DNA of 57,340 nt, from NCBI GenBank assembly GCA_964514375.1, contig CAZEQH010000005.1, positions 1 through 57,340 of the forward strand. The letters run 5' to 3'. This DNA comes from an uncultured Candidatus Saccharibacteria bacterium (GTDB lineage Bacteria; Patescibacteriota; Minisyncoccia; Minisyncoccales; JANBVM01). Made by a program: the position numbers and the translations under genes. This document shows, piece after piece, positions 36,890-46,732 of the stretch. The notes under the pieces are model-generated. The model ran no database searches, was not told the origin of the DNA, and was given only the letters and a program-made list of their open reading frames with translations. The stretch's first letter is position 1, and every line of letters begins with the position of its first letter.

Positions 36890-37489
36890 ATGCTTCAAGT
36901 ATTTTCACCGCAGGAAAAGGAGGAAATGGAAAAGGTGAAGGGGCAGGTTAGGGGTCTGGCCCTAAAGTCAGAATTGGGCTTTGTTTTCCGCGAAGAAGGG
37001 AGAGATGGCCTGCATCAGATGGAGCAAGCCTTAGCCGAAGCAGGGTATCCTTTGAAATACAATGAGATTCAGTCCGGCACATTCTATCCCTTGAAGGTTT
37101 GGGGCTATCTGTTGCTCGGTATAAGAAATATCTTTCATTATGATGATGCTAAATTTTTCAAGATAGGTGAATTTGACGTCAAATTATCCCGGTTAATTAC
37201 TCTTTTCGTCCAGCACTTCGTGACCGTGGACAGGGCTTTCAAGGAGGCGGAGAAAATGTGGAGCAAATACTTTACTGTAGGGAAGCTGGAGGTTAAGGAA
37301 CTCGACAAAGAACAAAGATATATCCGGGTTGTTTTGGAAGACTTCTATTTGCATCCGCTTCACTGCCTGGTTTTTGCCGGTCATTTCACGGGAGCCATGA
37401 AAATGATATTTAAGGGAGGGGGCAGCTGCGAGGAAGTGAAATGTATGTACCGGGGCGACAAATATCATGAATTTATTTTAAGGTGGTAA
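36890..37489 (+). CDS. V4R / DUF2378-like protein (paralog 3)
   Basis: CEEVKCMYRGDKYHEFILRW. Confidence 0.65.
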   Translation: MLQVFSPQEKEEMEKVKGQVRGLALKSELGFVFREEGRDGLHQMEQALAEAGYPLKYNEIQSGTFYPLKVWGYLLLGIRNIFHYDDAKFFKIGEFDVKLSRLITLFVQHFVTVDRAFKEAEKMWSKYFTVGKLEVKELDKEQRYIRVVLEDFYLHPLHCLVFAGHFTGAMKMIFKGGGSCEEVKCMYRGDKYHEFILRW

Positions 37490-37498
37490 ATTATTAAC

Positions 37499-37825
37499 AT
37501 GTACCTACAACTTTTCGTCGCAGGTTTCCTGGGAGGGGTGGTAAGGGGGCTGGTGGGGTTCATGAAACACCAGTTTGCTTACAAAAACGTGCCTTTCAAA
37601 CCTTCTTACTTTCTGGGCACCACCATGCTTTCCGGTATAATAGGAATGGCTTCCAGTTTGGCCGTTCAGAACGTAGGATTTACCCTGCAAGGGACTTTTA
37701 CTCCCGCCCTGGGTTTTATTATAGGGTATGCGGGAGGAGATTTTATAGAGAACGTCTATAAGATTATTATAGCAAAGTCATCTCTCACCAAGACAGAAGA
37801 AGAGAAAAAGCTGCCTTCAGAATAG
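37499..37825 (+). CDS. Small Gly-rich 3-TM membrane protein
   Basis: Hydrophobic ORF in an operon. Confidence 0.6.
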   Translation: MYLQLFVAGFLGGVVRGLVGFMKHQFAYKNVPFKPSYFLGTTMLSGIIGMASSLAVQNVGFTLQGTFTPALGFIIGYAGGDFIENVYKIIIAKSSLTKTEEEKKLPSE

Positions 37826-37835
37826 CTTTATTGTC

Positions 37836-38486
37836 ATGACTTTAATAGAAAAGCTAATAGACGGCGGCTGGCTAAAAAGCCCTAAAATCATAGAAGCCTT
37901 CCGGGAAATAAAGAGGGTGGATTTTTTGCCGAAATACATGGCGGGTCTGGCAGAAATTAACGAAGCCCTGCCCATAGGTCGCGGACAGACCATTTCCCAG
38001 CCCTTGGTAGTGGCTTTTATGATGGAAAAACTGCAGCCTGAAGAAGGTGATAAAGTTTTAGACATAGGTTCGGGTTCTGGTTGGACAACCGCCATATTGG
38101 CTCATCTGGTGGGAAAAACGGGTAAGGTGATTGCACTGGAAATAATCCCGGAATTAAAAGAATTCGGAGAAAAGAACGTAGCCAAATACAGCTTTATAAA
38201 TAGGGGAATAGTGGAATTTATCTGCGCGGACGGTTCCCTGGGATGTCCCGACATTACTTCGCGTCCTGAATTTGTCGAAGGCTTTGATAAGATTCTGGCT
38301 TCCGCCGCAGGAAACTCCTTGCCTAAAAAATGGAAAGAACAACTGAAAATAGGGGGTAAGATAGTGACTCCCCTTAAATCTTCCATCTGGGTTTTCGAAA
38401 AGAATCCGCCAGCCGGCGGGAAGGACGGATTTAGAGAAACAGAATATCCCGGCTTTGCCTTCGTTCCTCTGATAACGGGAAAATAG
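37836..38486 (+). CDS. pcm: Protein-L-isoaspartate O-methyltransferase
   Basis: ALPIGRGQTISQP, VLDIGSGSGW, FAFVPL. Confidence 0.93.
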   Translation: MTLIEKLIDGGWLKSPKIIEAFREIKRVDFLPKYMAGLAEINEALPIGRGQTISQPLVVAFMMEKLQPEEGDKVLDIGSGSGWTTAILAHLVGKTGKVIALEIIPELKEFGEKNVAKYSFINRGIVEFICADGSLGCPDITSRPEFVEGFDKILASAAGNSLPKKWKEQLKIGGKIVTPLKSSIWVFEKNPPAGGKDGFRETEYPGFAFVPLITGK

Positions 38487-38490
38487 ATTA

Positions 38491-39549
38491 ATGAGCAGCT
38501 CAAAAGTTTTCAAAATAATAATAGTTATTTCACTGTTCCTGTCGCTTTCAGCGGCTGTCTTTATTCTTGTCTGGCAGGGTATTTACATACCTAAAAACCC
38601 TGCAGATAAAGAAAATAAGATTTTTGCCGTAGAACAGGGAGAAGGTCTATTCCAGATAGCTTCTGGTTTGGAGCAGGAGGGTTTTATAAAAAGCAAATTA
38701 TTTTTTGACCTCCATGTTTTTATAATCAAATCTCAGGGAAAGTTGCAGGCGGGAAATTATTCTCTCAGTCCTTCTATGAACGTATCTCAAATAGCCAAGA
38801 TAATGATTGCAGGGCAAACTGTTAAAGAAACCATTACCATTCCCGAAGGATGGAATATCAGGGATATAGGGCAATATCTTGAAGAGAGGGGACTGGTAAG
38901 GAAAGATGATTTTTACAAAGTGGCGGGATTTCCGGCAGCAGATTATTCTATACCCGGCGAACTGCCCTTTCCCGTGGATTTCAGCCCAGACTATAACTTT
39001 CTTTCAGGAAAAACTGACCGGGTGGGCCTGGAGGGTTTTCTTTTTCCCGATACCTACGAGATTCAGGGGCGTGATGCGGAAAAAATAGTGAGGAAAATGC
39101 TGGATAATCTTCAGGAGAAACTTTCTCCTGGTGTTATGGGAGAAATAAAGCGGCAGGGAAAAAGCGTTTTTGATATCCTGACCATGGCTTCCCTTTTGGA
39201 AAAAGAAGTGAGGACCGTAGAAGACAAGAAAATCGTGTCCGGAATATTGTGGAAGAGGTTGGAAAATGATTTTCCTTTACAGGTTGACTCCACCATAACT
39301 TACGTTACAGGCCGAAAGTCCAGTAAGGTTTCCAAGGAAGAAACGGAAATCAACTCCGCTTTCAACACATACAAATATCCTGGTTTGCCGTTGGGACCTG
39401 TCTGTAACCCGGGCTTGGACAGCATTATGGCAGCTCTATATCCTAAAGTTAGTGATTATTGGTATTATTTGTCTACTCCCGAAGGAGAAACCATTTTCAG
39501 TATTACCCTGGCTGACCACAATACAGCTAAGGATATGTATTTAAGATAA
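38491..39549 (+). CDS. mltG: Endolytic transglycosylase MltG
   Basis: TIPEG, LEGFLFPDTY, MASLLEKE, LQVDST, FNTYKYPGLPLGPVCNPG. Confidence 0.93.
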   Translation: MSSSKVFKIIIVISLFLSLSAAVFILVWQGIYIPKNPADKENKIFAVEQGEGLFQIASGLEQEGFIKSKLFFDLHVFIIKSQGKLQAGNYSLSPSMNVSQIAKIMIAGQTVKETITIPEGWNIRDIGQYLEERGLVRKDDFYKVAGFPAADYSIPGELPFPVDFSPDYNFLSGKTDRVGLEGFLFPDTYEIQGRDAEKIVRKMLDNLQEKLSPGVMGEIKRQGKSVFDILTMASLLEKEVRTVEDKKIVSGILWKRLENDFPLQVDSTITYVTGRKSSKVSKEETEINSAFNTYKYPGLPLGPVCNPGLDSIMAALYPKVSDYWYYLSTPEGETIFSITLADHNTAKDMYLR

Positions 39550-39552
39550 AAT

Positions 39553-40095
39553 ATGGAGAATAATCATCAAAAAGCAGTTATAGTGGTTGCCTTCCGCGAT
39601 TTCCGCGACCCGGAGTATTTTATCCCCAGGCAGATTTTGGAAGAAGCCGGAGTCGAGATAAAAACGGCCTCCAACAAAAAGGGCACTGCCATTGGAGCTG
39701 AAGGAGGAGATACGGAAGTCGATTTACTGGTTTCTGAAATTGATATTGCGGATTTCAATGCCGTAATTTTTGTCGGCGGACCGGGATGCCTTAAAGGTCT
39801 CGACAACGAGGACTCCTATAAGGTAATTCACAGCGTGATTCAACAAAAGAAAGTTTTGGCTTCCATTTGTATTTCACCCGTTATCCTGGCCAAGGCAGGA
39901 GTCTTGAAAGATAAACAGGCAGTGGTTTGGAACTCTCCTATGGACAAGAGCGGCATAAGGGAGCTGGAGTCAAGAGGAGCAAAATACCTTAATAAGCCCG
40001 TTGTCCAGGACGGATTGATTATTACTGCCAGCGGCCCCCAGGCAGCCGAAAGCTTTGCCAAAACCGTACTGGAAGAGCTTAGAAATCAATCCTAA
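39553..40095 (+). CDS. DJ-1/PfpI family protein
   Basis: FRDPEY, FVGGPG, ASICISP, IITASGP. Confidence 0.9.
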   Translation: MENNHQKAVIVVAFRDFRDPEYFIPRQILEEAGVEIKTASNKKGTAIGAEGGDTEVDLLVSEIDIADFNAVIFVGGPGCLKGLDNEDSYKVIHSVIQQKKVLASICISPVILAKAGVLKDKQAVVWNSPMDKSGIRELESRGAKYLNKPVVQDGLIITASGPQAAESFAKTVLEELRNQS

Positions 40096-40100
40096 AGGGG

Positions 40101-40129
40101 TTGACACGTTTTGAGGGAAAGTATATACT
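40101..40129 (+). promoter_or_regulatory. Promoter of rplJL
   Basis: TTGACA-17-TATACT. Confidence 0.8.
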
Positions 40130-40140
40130 TTATTATTATT

Positions 40141-40224
40141 CCACAGACAGCAGGCAGCTTTAAAAAGCGTAAACACTCCTGCCGAGGAAACTTAAAAGTT
40201 TATTTTTTTGTTTTTTGTCTGTGG
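40141..40224 (+). promoter_or_regulatory. L10 leader RNA
   Basis: AGACAGCAGG...CCTGCCGAGG core, closing CCACAGACA/TGTCTGTGG; upstream of rplJ. Confidence 0.8.
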
Positions 40225-40300
40225 TATTCCACAGATTTTTATTTTTCCCATAGAGAAATTTCTGTTCAATATTAGTAGATATCCGAATTATTATATTAGT

Positions 40301-40822
40301 ATGGCTAAAACAAAAAAACAAAAAGAAGAAGCTCTAAAGGGTTTAAAGGAGAAAGTTGCCAAAGGGCAAACCCTTTTACTGGTTGACTTTAAGGGTCTTA
40401 AGGTCAGCGATATGTTTGACTTAAGAACCAAGCTTAAAAAGGAAGGGGGGGAGCTTAAGGTAGCCAAGAAAACCCTTATTAAGCTCGCTCTTAAAGAGAA
40501 TAAGTTACAGATAGATGACGAAAGACTAGAAGGTGAAATTGCCCTTGTATTCGGATATGAAGACGAAATAGCTCCTGCTAAAATAGTTTACGAGGTGGTT
40601 AGAAGAAACCAATCGTTAAGGATTTTAGGAGGGTTTTCCGGAAACGAATTCAAGGATGCTGATTATTTCACAACCCTGGCCCAGCTTCCTTCCAGAGAAG
40701 AATTATTGGGTCAGCTTGTCGGGAGCTTATCAGCTCCGGTAGGGAATTTCGTTCGCGCTTTACAATATAATATTAAAGGTCTACTTTTCGTTTTTAACGC
40801 AATAAAAGAGGTAAAACAATAA
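40301..40822 (+). CDS. rplJ: 50S ribosomal protein L10
   Basis: [22 protein letters not shown]; ATG at 40301. Confidence 0.95.
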   Translation: MAKTKKQKEEALKGLKEKVAKGQTLLLVDFKGLKVSDMFDLRTKLKKEGGELKVAKKTLIKLALKENKLQIDDERLEGEIALVFGYEDEIAPAKIVYEVVRRNQSLRILGGFSGNEFKDADYFTTLAQLPSREELLGQLVGSLSAPVGNFVRALQYNIKGLLFVFNAIKEVKQ

Positions 40823-40824
40823 AT

Positions 40825-41271
40825 ATGGCAGAAGAAACAAAAAATCCGCCAGCTGGCGGAGAGGAAAAGGAAGTGGAAGTCCCTGCCAAATTCAAGGATT
40901 TGGTGGAAAAGATTGAAAAGATGAACGTCCTGGACCTGGCTGAACTGGTGAAGATTTTAGAGAAGAAATTTGGAGTTTCGGCAGCCCCTCAGATAGTTGC
41001 CGCAGCCGGTGCCGCAGCAGGTGCCGCCGCAGGCGATCAGGGAGGCGAAAAAAGCAGCTTTAACGTAGTTCTGGCAGGCGTGGGAGAAAAGAAAATAGAG
41101 GTCATTAAGGTTGTCCGTGATATTACCCAGAAGGGCTTGAAGGAATCCAAAGACCTGGTTGACGCGGCAGCTTCAACCCCTCAGGTGATAAAGGAAGGGG
41201 CCAAGAAGGAAGAAGCAGAGGAAATGAAGAAGAAGTTTGAAGAGGCGGGAGCCAAGGTTGAACTGAAGTAA
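40825..41271 (+). CDS. rplL: 50S ribosomal protein L7/L12
   Basis: [42 protein letters not shown]. Confidence 0.97.
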   Translation: MAEETKNPPAGGEEKEVEVPAKFKDLVEKIEKMNVLDLAELVKILEKKFGVSAAPQIVAAAGAAAGAAAGDQGGEKSSFNVVLAGVGEKKIEVIKVVRDITQKGLKESKDLVDAAASTPQVIKEGAKKEEAEEMKKKFEEAGAKVELK

Positions 41272-41384
41272 AAATTTCCTTGTGTAAAAACAAAAAAGGC
41301 CTTGTTGAAAGGTTCTTTTTTGTTGAAAAATCCGATTTTTAAGCAAAAAAAATAAGGGACTTATCATCGCGTTGGTAGGCGCCC

Positions 41385-42668
41385 TTAAGCCTTTTTTTCT
41401 TCGAAGCCTTTTAATGTTTCCGCTACTATAGTTACGATAGCGTCTAATTTTATTTGTGTTGGAGGCACATCCGGGGCAGTAAGACTGCCGTTGAAAATGA
41501 ATATGCCTCTTTTTCCGTCGCTTTGAGCGTCGCCCAGAAAGTAGTACCATTCCGGGCACTCCAGAATGCTTCCTTCGTTATTCATGCTTTCCCTATCTTT
41601 AGGAAATTCTCTGTTTTGTTTCATTACCTCTAATTTTCTTAAGTCGTGAACGATTTTATCTGTCATTTCCTTTGTCACAGCTGCTTTATTAAAGAATATC
41701 TGCACCTGCTTCGTCTTATTTTTTTGTACTACAGCCATCGCTCCGCATTTAAGAGCAACGACATGGCTCTTTTCGTTCAATAAAATTTCTTTGGAAAAGG
41801 CATCGATTACCATAATAAAGTGACCTCCTCCTATTCCTATCCTCTTATAGTCTTCCACGCTATTTTGTGCTTTCCTATATTTCAGGAAACTCCCATACAG
41901 GAGTTCCATTAGTGTTTCTCCTAGCTCTTGAGTCGCTTTCTCTCCGTATTTCTGCAAAGAGGAAGATAATATTTCACAAAGGTCGCAAGGCCTCTGGAAA
42001 TTCTCTTTGCCTAATTGGTTATAGTATCTTCTAAACCGCTCAGGAGTTTTTATCTTTTTCTTATCAAAGAAATCCTTAAGCAGTTCCCTCGTTAAATCAG
42101 TATTCCTCTCAATTCCCTGTTTGTGGAATAGAAGCACCAAATAAGCTGCTTTTATTCCCAATTCCGATTTTTCTTTTTCAGATAAATTGCTCCTGCCGAT
42201 GACTTTCGACACTTCATTGCAGTCGAAGGGGTTTGATAACCCTTTTCTTTCCGCGTTATATATTATTTTACGGACAGTCAAAAGCCATTCCTCTTCTGCC
42301 AATCCCAGCTTTTTTACCGCCATGTCGAAGCTGCTAGATTCTCCGGTTCCGTGGTGGTCATAATCTTTCCGACCTCTGTCAACAAAATTGCCGTTTTTAA
42401 TGCTAACCGTGTATCCGTCTCCGTTCTTCAGAGACAGAAATTTCATTTTTTTTAGACTATCTTCTATTCGTATCCCGCTGAGTTCTTCATGCCTCATGAG
42501 CAGTATAGCTTCAGTAAAATCCACGTCACTGTCTTTTTGCGCGTGATGAGCAAAAGTCTCCGGGAGCTTTATTTTTTCTTTCCTTTTTTTCTTTTCGGCT
42601 TCTTTCCCTTCAAGCGTTTGGAACTTTTTGAAGGGATCTTCTTCGTCCGGGTTTAATTCTTTTTCCAT
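41385..42668 (-). CDS. Hypothetical protein, possibly DHH/MYG1-like phosphoesterase
   Basis: TFAHHAQKDSD and VDRGRKDYDHHG resemble MYG1/DHH motifs; start ambiguous (42680 or 42668). Confidence 0.45.
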   Translation of the reverse strand: MEKELNPDEEDPFKKFQTLEGKEAEKKKRKEKIKLPETFAHHAQKDSDVDFTEAILLMRHEELSGIRIEDSLKKMKFLSLKNGDGYTVSIKNGNFVDRGRKDYDHHGTGESSSFDMAVKKLGLAEEEWLLTVRKIIYNAERKGLSNPFDCNEVSKVIGRSNLSEKEKSELGIKAAYLVLLFHKQGIERNTDLTRELLKDFFDKKKIKTPERFRRYYNQLGKENFQRPCDLCEILSSSLQKYGEKATQELGETLMELLYGSFLKYRKAQNSVEDYKRIGIGGGHFIMVIDAFSKEILLNEKSHVVALKCGAMAVVQKNKTKQVQIFFNKAAVTKEMTDKIVHDLRKLEVMKQNREFPKDRESMNNEGSILECPEWYYFLGDAQSDGKRGIFIFNGSLTAPDVPPTQIKLDAIVTIVAETLKGFEEKKA

Positions 42669-42955
42669 TTTTTGAATCACCCCGATTTACCCATCTTTTT
42701 AGCCGGGCAAATCGGGATGATTTTCTTTGTAAAGAACAGGTAAAAGTGAATAATTTTCACTTTCTATCATAATTATAATATCAAAATATAATTTTGTCAA
42801 CAGAAACCATGAATTTTCTAAAATACCTGAATCTTCTAAATACTCACTAATTATGCATATGCATAATTAGCGCGTATCGAGAGAAAAGAAGAGGGTGGGA
42901 AAAGTAAAAAACCGGGGGTTAGCCGGTTTGCGAATCCAGAGAAAATTTAATTAGA

Positions 42956-44995
42956 TCAGAGGTCTATTTTGTAGAGGATGAGGCCGTTTAATAAATAAAC
43001 GGCCTTTTCGTCTTCCGATACGGTAAAGTCAAGCAGGTTATCAAACTTTTCACTTTGAAACTGCTTTATGGTCTCGCCGTCTTTATCTAATATGACAAGC
43101 CGTCTTTGCTCGGGCTCCAGTATATAAAGGTAAGAGAAATGAGAATCGGTAATCACTTTGGAGAATTTCTTGGGGGCAGGGAAGATATTGATGTCCAGTT
43201 CTCTCTGTAATTCTCCTCCATAATATTCCTGGAGTTTGTTTTCCCTTAGAATCCACACAGAGCCGTCGATGGCAATGGAGTCAGCTCCTACCACTTTGGT
43301 AGTTTTTCCCGTAAGCCAGAGCTGGGGAGAACCCCATTGGAACGCTGAAAGATACGGATATTTTATTATTTGACCGGACTTTTTATCAAGGAAATATAAA
43401 CTCTGATTGAAAGAGTCAAAATCACTCAGCGCATAATCAGGATAAGGACTTTCCAGAGAGAATCTGGAGGGCGAGTCGTTCTTCAGCACGATTACCTGGT
43501 TGGGAGCAGAGAAAAAGGCTGCCGCCTTCTCGAGAACTGCGGAAGAGTTTATTTGTTTTTCCGTTCCGATAGTATTTTCCTCACCGTTTGTCTTGAGTTC
43601 AAAAATATTGGCGGCGTAAGGGCTGGAAAAATAAATATCGGAGCCTGATATTACCACCTTATAAGGCACAAAGGATCCATTTTCAAATTGATGAAAGGCG
43701 GTCGGTTCTTCTATAGTTTCCAGACTGTTGAGCTTAAACAATCTGTCGGTAATCTCATTCTTAATGATGGAAACCTGATTGTTAAAGGATTCGGGAAGGC
43801 CCGAGGTTTCTTTTGACAGGGAAGAAATCTTTTCCAAGCTTTCCATCAGAAGAAGATTGGCTTTTTGTACAGCTTCGGGTTGAGTATCTTTTAAAATTAG
43901 ATAGCTGTCTATGGTGGTAATGTTCTGCTCTATGCCTTCCAGTTCCTGAGTATAAACATCAATCTTTTTCTGCTCATTTCTGGTGGCAAAGAAAGAGCCA
44001 ATTATCAGAATGAAAAGAAGTGTTGCTATTAAAATTACTTTTCTGTTTTTAATAAAAATGCGGGTTTTTTCTCCGAGAGAAGCAAAAAACATCCTGATTT
44101 TGAGTGAGATTTTTCCCAAAAAGTCTACTGCGAACTTCGGAGCGGGGAGTTTAATTTCCGGTATCTTTAGCGCCTTAGGCATACTCATCTTCCTTCCGGA
44201 TTTTCCGGATACAGACTCGGTTCTCTCTTCGCGCTGCAGGAATTTCAATAAGGGAGAGAACACTTCCTTGAAAGAGAATTCTTTAAGTGTTTCGGGCGCG
44301 AAAGTCTCTTTGGTGCCGATAACAGCCTCTTTGGTGAGAGCTGCGACCAGCATAATTCCCTGGATGTTGGTCATCCGCTCTCTTCTTTCCTCCAAAATCT
44401 TTTTTAAGGCCTTTTCGTCAAAGAATGGGATTTGAGCCATCGCATCAAGCACTTTTTCTTTTTGGAAGAAATCAAAAACGTTTTTTGTTAAAACCAATAT
44501 CAGGTCGCCTTCAGCTAACTTCCCTGAAACCGTATTACTAAAAACCTTCAATGGATATGGTTCCAAGTCCTGACCGTTTATTTTCTTGTCTATGTCTATA
44601 AGTATATTCTTCCTCAATACCATAATTTTAATATCTCCCACTTTTGCGAAATTCAATTTGAAGTCCTTAATGGATAAAACGGTGAAATTAAGGTTTCCCA
44701 GCCAGCTGACATTACCCTGTTTGATTAGTTTGTCCAGAAATTCATTAGCCACCTTTAAACTTTCTTTCAAAGACTTTTCCGGTTTTAAGATGCTTTTTCG
44801 GTAATAGTAATCCTTTATCACTTTGGCCAGCTTTTCTATAAAATGGTTGTTCTGGGGAATGGTATTTTCCAAGAGACCTACCATATATAGGCTGCCCATC
44901 CTTTTTTCATAGATATTTATCGGCTCATAACAAAAACTGTCGAAATTCAGATTCGGTTTAACTTTCGGATTGAAATGGAACTCAAAAACCTGCAT
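42956..44995 (-). CDS. Large membrane-anchored protein (PP2C-like N-terminus, one TM, beta-propeller-like C-terminus)
   Basis: FAKVGDIKI...GDLILVLT resembles a PPM fold without a clear metal motif; TM near residue 330; NHL-like LYILEP repeats. Confidence 0.5.
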   Translation of the reverse strand: MQVFEFHFNPKVKPNLNFDSFCYEPINIYEKRMGSLYMVGLLENTIPQNNHFIEKLAKVIKDYYYRKSILKPEKSLKESLKVANEFLDKLIKQGNVSWLGNLNFTVLSIKDFKLNFAKVGDIKIMVLRKNILIDIDKKINGQDLEPYPLKVFSNTVSGKLAEGDLILVLTKNVFDFFQKEKVLDAMAQIPFFDEKALKKILEERRERMTNIQGIMLVAALTKEAVIGTKETFAPETLKEFSFKEVFSPLLKFLQREERTESVSGKSGRKMSMPKALKIPEIKLPAPKFAVDFLGKISLKIRMFFASLGEKTRIFIKNRKVILIATLLFILIIGSFFATRNEQKKIDVYTQELEGIEQNITTIDSYLILKDTQPEAVQKANLLLMESLEKISSLSKETSGLPESFNNQVSIIKNEITDRLFKLNSLETIEEPTAFHQFENGSFVPYKVVISGSDIYFSSPYAANIFELKTNGEENTIGTEKQINSSAVLEKAAAFFSAPNQVIVLKNDSPSRFSLESPYPDYALSDFDSFNQSLYFLDKKSGQIIKYPYLSAFQWGSPQLWLTGKTTKVVGADSIAIDGSVWILRENKLQEYYGGELQRELDINIFPAPKKFSKVITDSHFSYLYILEPEQRRLVILDKDGETIKQFQSEKFDNLLDFTVSEDEKAVYLLNGLILYKIDL

Positions 44996-45081
44996 TCTTT
45001 GAAGTTATATCTCCCTTAGAATATTTTACTTTTTATTTATCTTATTGTAAAATAGCAAAGTTGCTTTAAAGGTGAAAAATT

Positions 45082-45555
45082 GTGATAATAAGATTAGATA
45101 AAACTATGTTAATAGAAGGTTATAAACAAGAAATTAAAAAGATAGGGTTCGACTTTGACGGGACCTTCACTTATTGTAATCAAGAATTAAAAAGAACGCT
45201 GGAATCTCTCAGAATTCCCTGGAGCATAATCAACTTGTTGTTTATCAATAGCCGTCCCAATAAGAGACTCATCAAGGCCTTGAAAAAAATCCAAAGAGAC
45301 TACAAAATAGTCATAATTTCTTCGAGGCCGACGTTCCTCAGGAAAAAGATAGAAAATTTCCTGGTAACCCAAGGATTGCAGGAGATAGAGATAATATGCA
45401 CCGGCTGGCTGCGCAGAAAGAACAGGAAGCTCAAGGCGTTGAAGGAGACTGGAATCAATGTTTATATTGATAACGAAAAAGATATCAGGGAATTCTTGAA
45501 GGAAAACCTGATATCGACTTTTTCTCCGTTGGCTTTTTGCAAGCTTGTTTCATAG
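45082..45555 (+). CDS. HAD-superfamily hydrolase (5'-nucleotidase-like)
   Basis: GFDFDGT motif I, ISSR motif II, K, YIDN motif IV. Confidence 0.7.
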   Translation: MIIRLDKTMLIEGYKQEIKKIGFDFDGTFTYCNQELKRTLESLRIPWSIINLLFINSRPNKRLIKALKKIQRDYKIVIISSRPTFLRKKIENFLVTQGLQEIEIICTGWLRRKNRKLKALKETGINVYIDNEKDIREFLKENLISTFSPLAFCKLVS

Positions 45556-45625
45556 GGCATTTTAACAGTGCCCTTTGTTTTTTATTTACTTGCAGCGCGA
45601 TATCTGTTAAATTAATGTAGGTTTG

Positions 45626-45699
45626 GGGCGAATGGCTCAGTTGGTCAGAGCGCTGCATTCACATTGCAGAGGTCACAGGTTCGAATCCTGTTTCGCCCA
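45626..45699 (+). tRNA. tRNA-Val(CAC)
   Basis: GGGCGAA/TTCGCCC acceptor, CTGCA-TTCACAT-TGCAG anticodon arm. Confidence 0.93.
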
Positions 45700-45853
45700 C
45701 CTTTCCCTTCAACTAGGTTCAGGGCAAGCGACTCGCGTTGCTCGCTCCCTTCGACAAGCTCCGGATAAAACAGGACAGGCTATTTAATCGCTTTTTGGCG
45801 ATTTTTTGTTTACAAAATTATTAGGAAATGAGATGATTAACTAATAGTCTTAT

Positions 45854-46183
45854 ATGAAAAAGATATACATTGAAGAAGAATTATATAAAAAAGCTCCGGT
45901 TAACGATTTGATTATATTCAGCGCCTACCTGATGATGGAGTCCGGGAAGAAATGCGATTTTGAAAGTTTAACAGAAAAATGTTTCGGTTTATTTCCTAAG
46001 GTTTTTTCAATTTCCGGATATCCCAAATGGCCCGATACACGCAAACTTGACCGCCCCCTGAGAGCTTTGCGGAGTGACAGTCTTATTACGGGAAGCCCTC
46101 AGGCAGAATTCGGGCTGACTAAAAAGGGAAGGAAACGTGCCGTAGAAATAGCAGAGAATTTCAGGCAGGGAAAGCTGCTTTAG
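45854..46183 (+). CDS. Hypothetical protein, probably winged helix
   Basis: Helical ORF ending in a wing-like FGLTKKGRKRA. Confidence 0.5.
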   Translation: MKKIYIEEELYKKAPVNDLIIFSAYLMMESGKKCDFESLTEKCFGLFPKVFSISGYPKWPDTRKLDRPLRALRSDSLITGSPQAEFGLTKKGRKRAVEIAENFRQGKLL

Positions 46184-46260
46184 CGGCTTGATTATCGACT
46201 TTTTTTCCGTTAGAATAATCTTATGAAAGGTCGTATTAATAGAGTAATTTGACATCAAAA

Positions 46261-46386
46261 ATGGGATCGTCGTCGCTAATTGACCTTTACGAAACATTCG
46301 TATTTGGAGTAACCGTTTTGTTTACAATAGGCTTTATAGTAACAGCATTATTTGCTGCTTTAATTAAAAGCCTAAGAGGATTTTAG
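46261..46386 (+). CDS. 41-aa single-TM small protein (not in the ORF track)
   Basis: MGSSSLIDLYETFVFGVTVLFTIGFIVTALFAALIKSLRGF; promoter TTGATT-17-TAGAAT at 46188-46216. Confidence 0.55.
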   Translation: MGSSSLIDLYETFVFGVTVLFTIGFIVTALFAALIKSLRGF

Positions 46387-46412
46387 AAAAAATCTTATAA
46401 AAATTATCTTAT

Positions 46413-46694
46413 ATGGCAAGCCCGGCCAGAATTCATATGCTGGTATCAGGCCAAGTCCAGGGTGTCTATTTTAGAGAGAACACCCGGAAAAAGGCTGAAG
46501 AGCTGGGTATTTCCGGTTGGGTTCAAAATATGCTTGACGGGAGGGTTGAGATTGTAGCTGAAGGAAACAAAGAAAAATTAGAGGAACTGGCGCGCTGGGC
46601 CAAACAAGGTCCAGCTTTTGCTAAAGTGGAGGAATTCCAAACAGATTGGCAGGAATATAAGGGAGGCCTGGAAGAATTTCAGATAAGATATTAA
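46413..46694 (+). CDS. acyP: Acylphosphatase
   Basis: GQVQGVYFR, GWVQNMLDGRVE, GPAFAKV. Confidence 0.93.
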   Translation: MASPARIHMLVSGQVQGVYFRENTRKKAEELGISGWVQNMLDGRVEIVAEGNKEKLEELARWAKQGPAFAKVEEFQTDWQEYKGGLEEFQIRY

Positions 46695-46732
46695 GCAGCT
46701 TACCCCCTGTATTTATATGCCGAAGAAAGACA

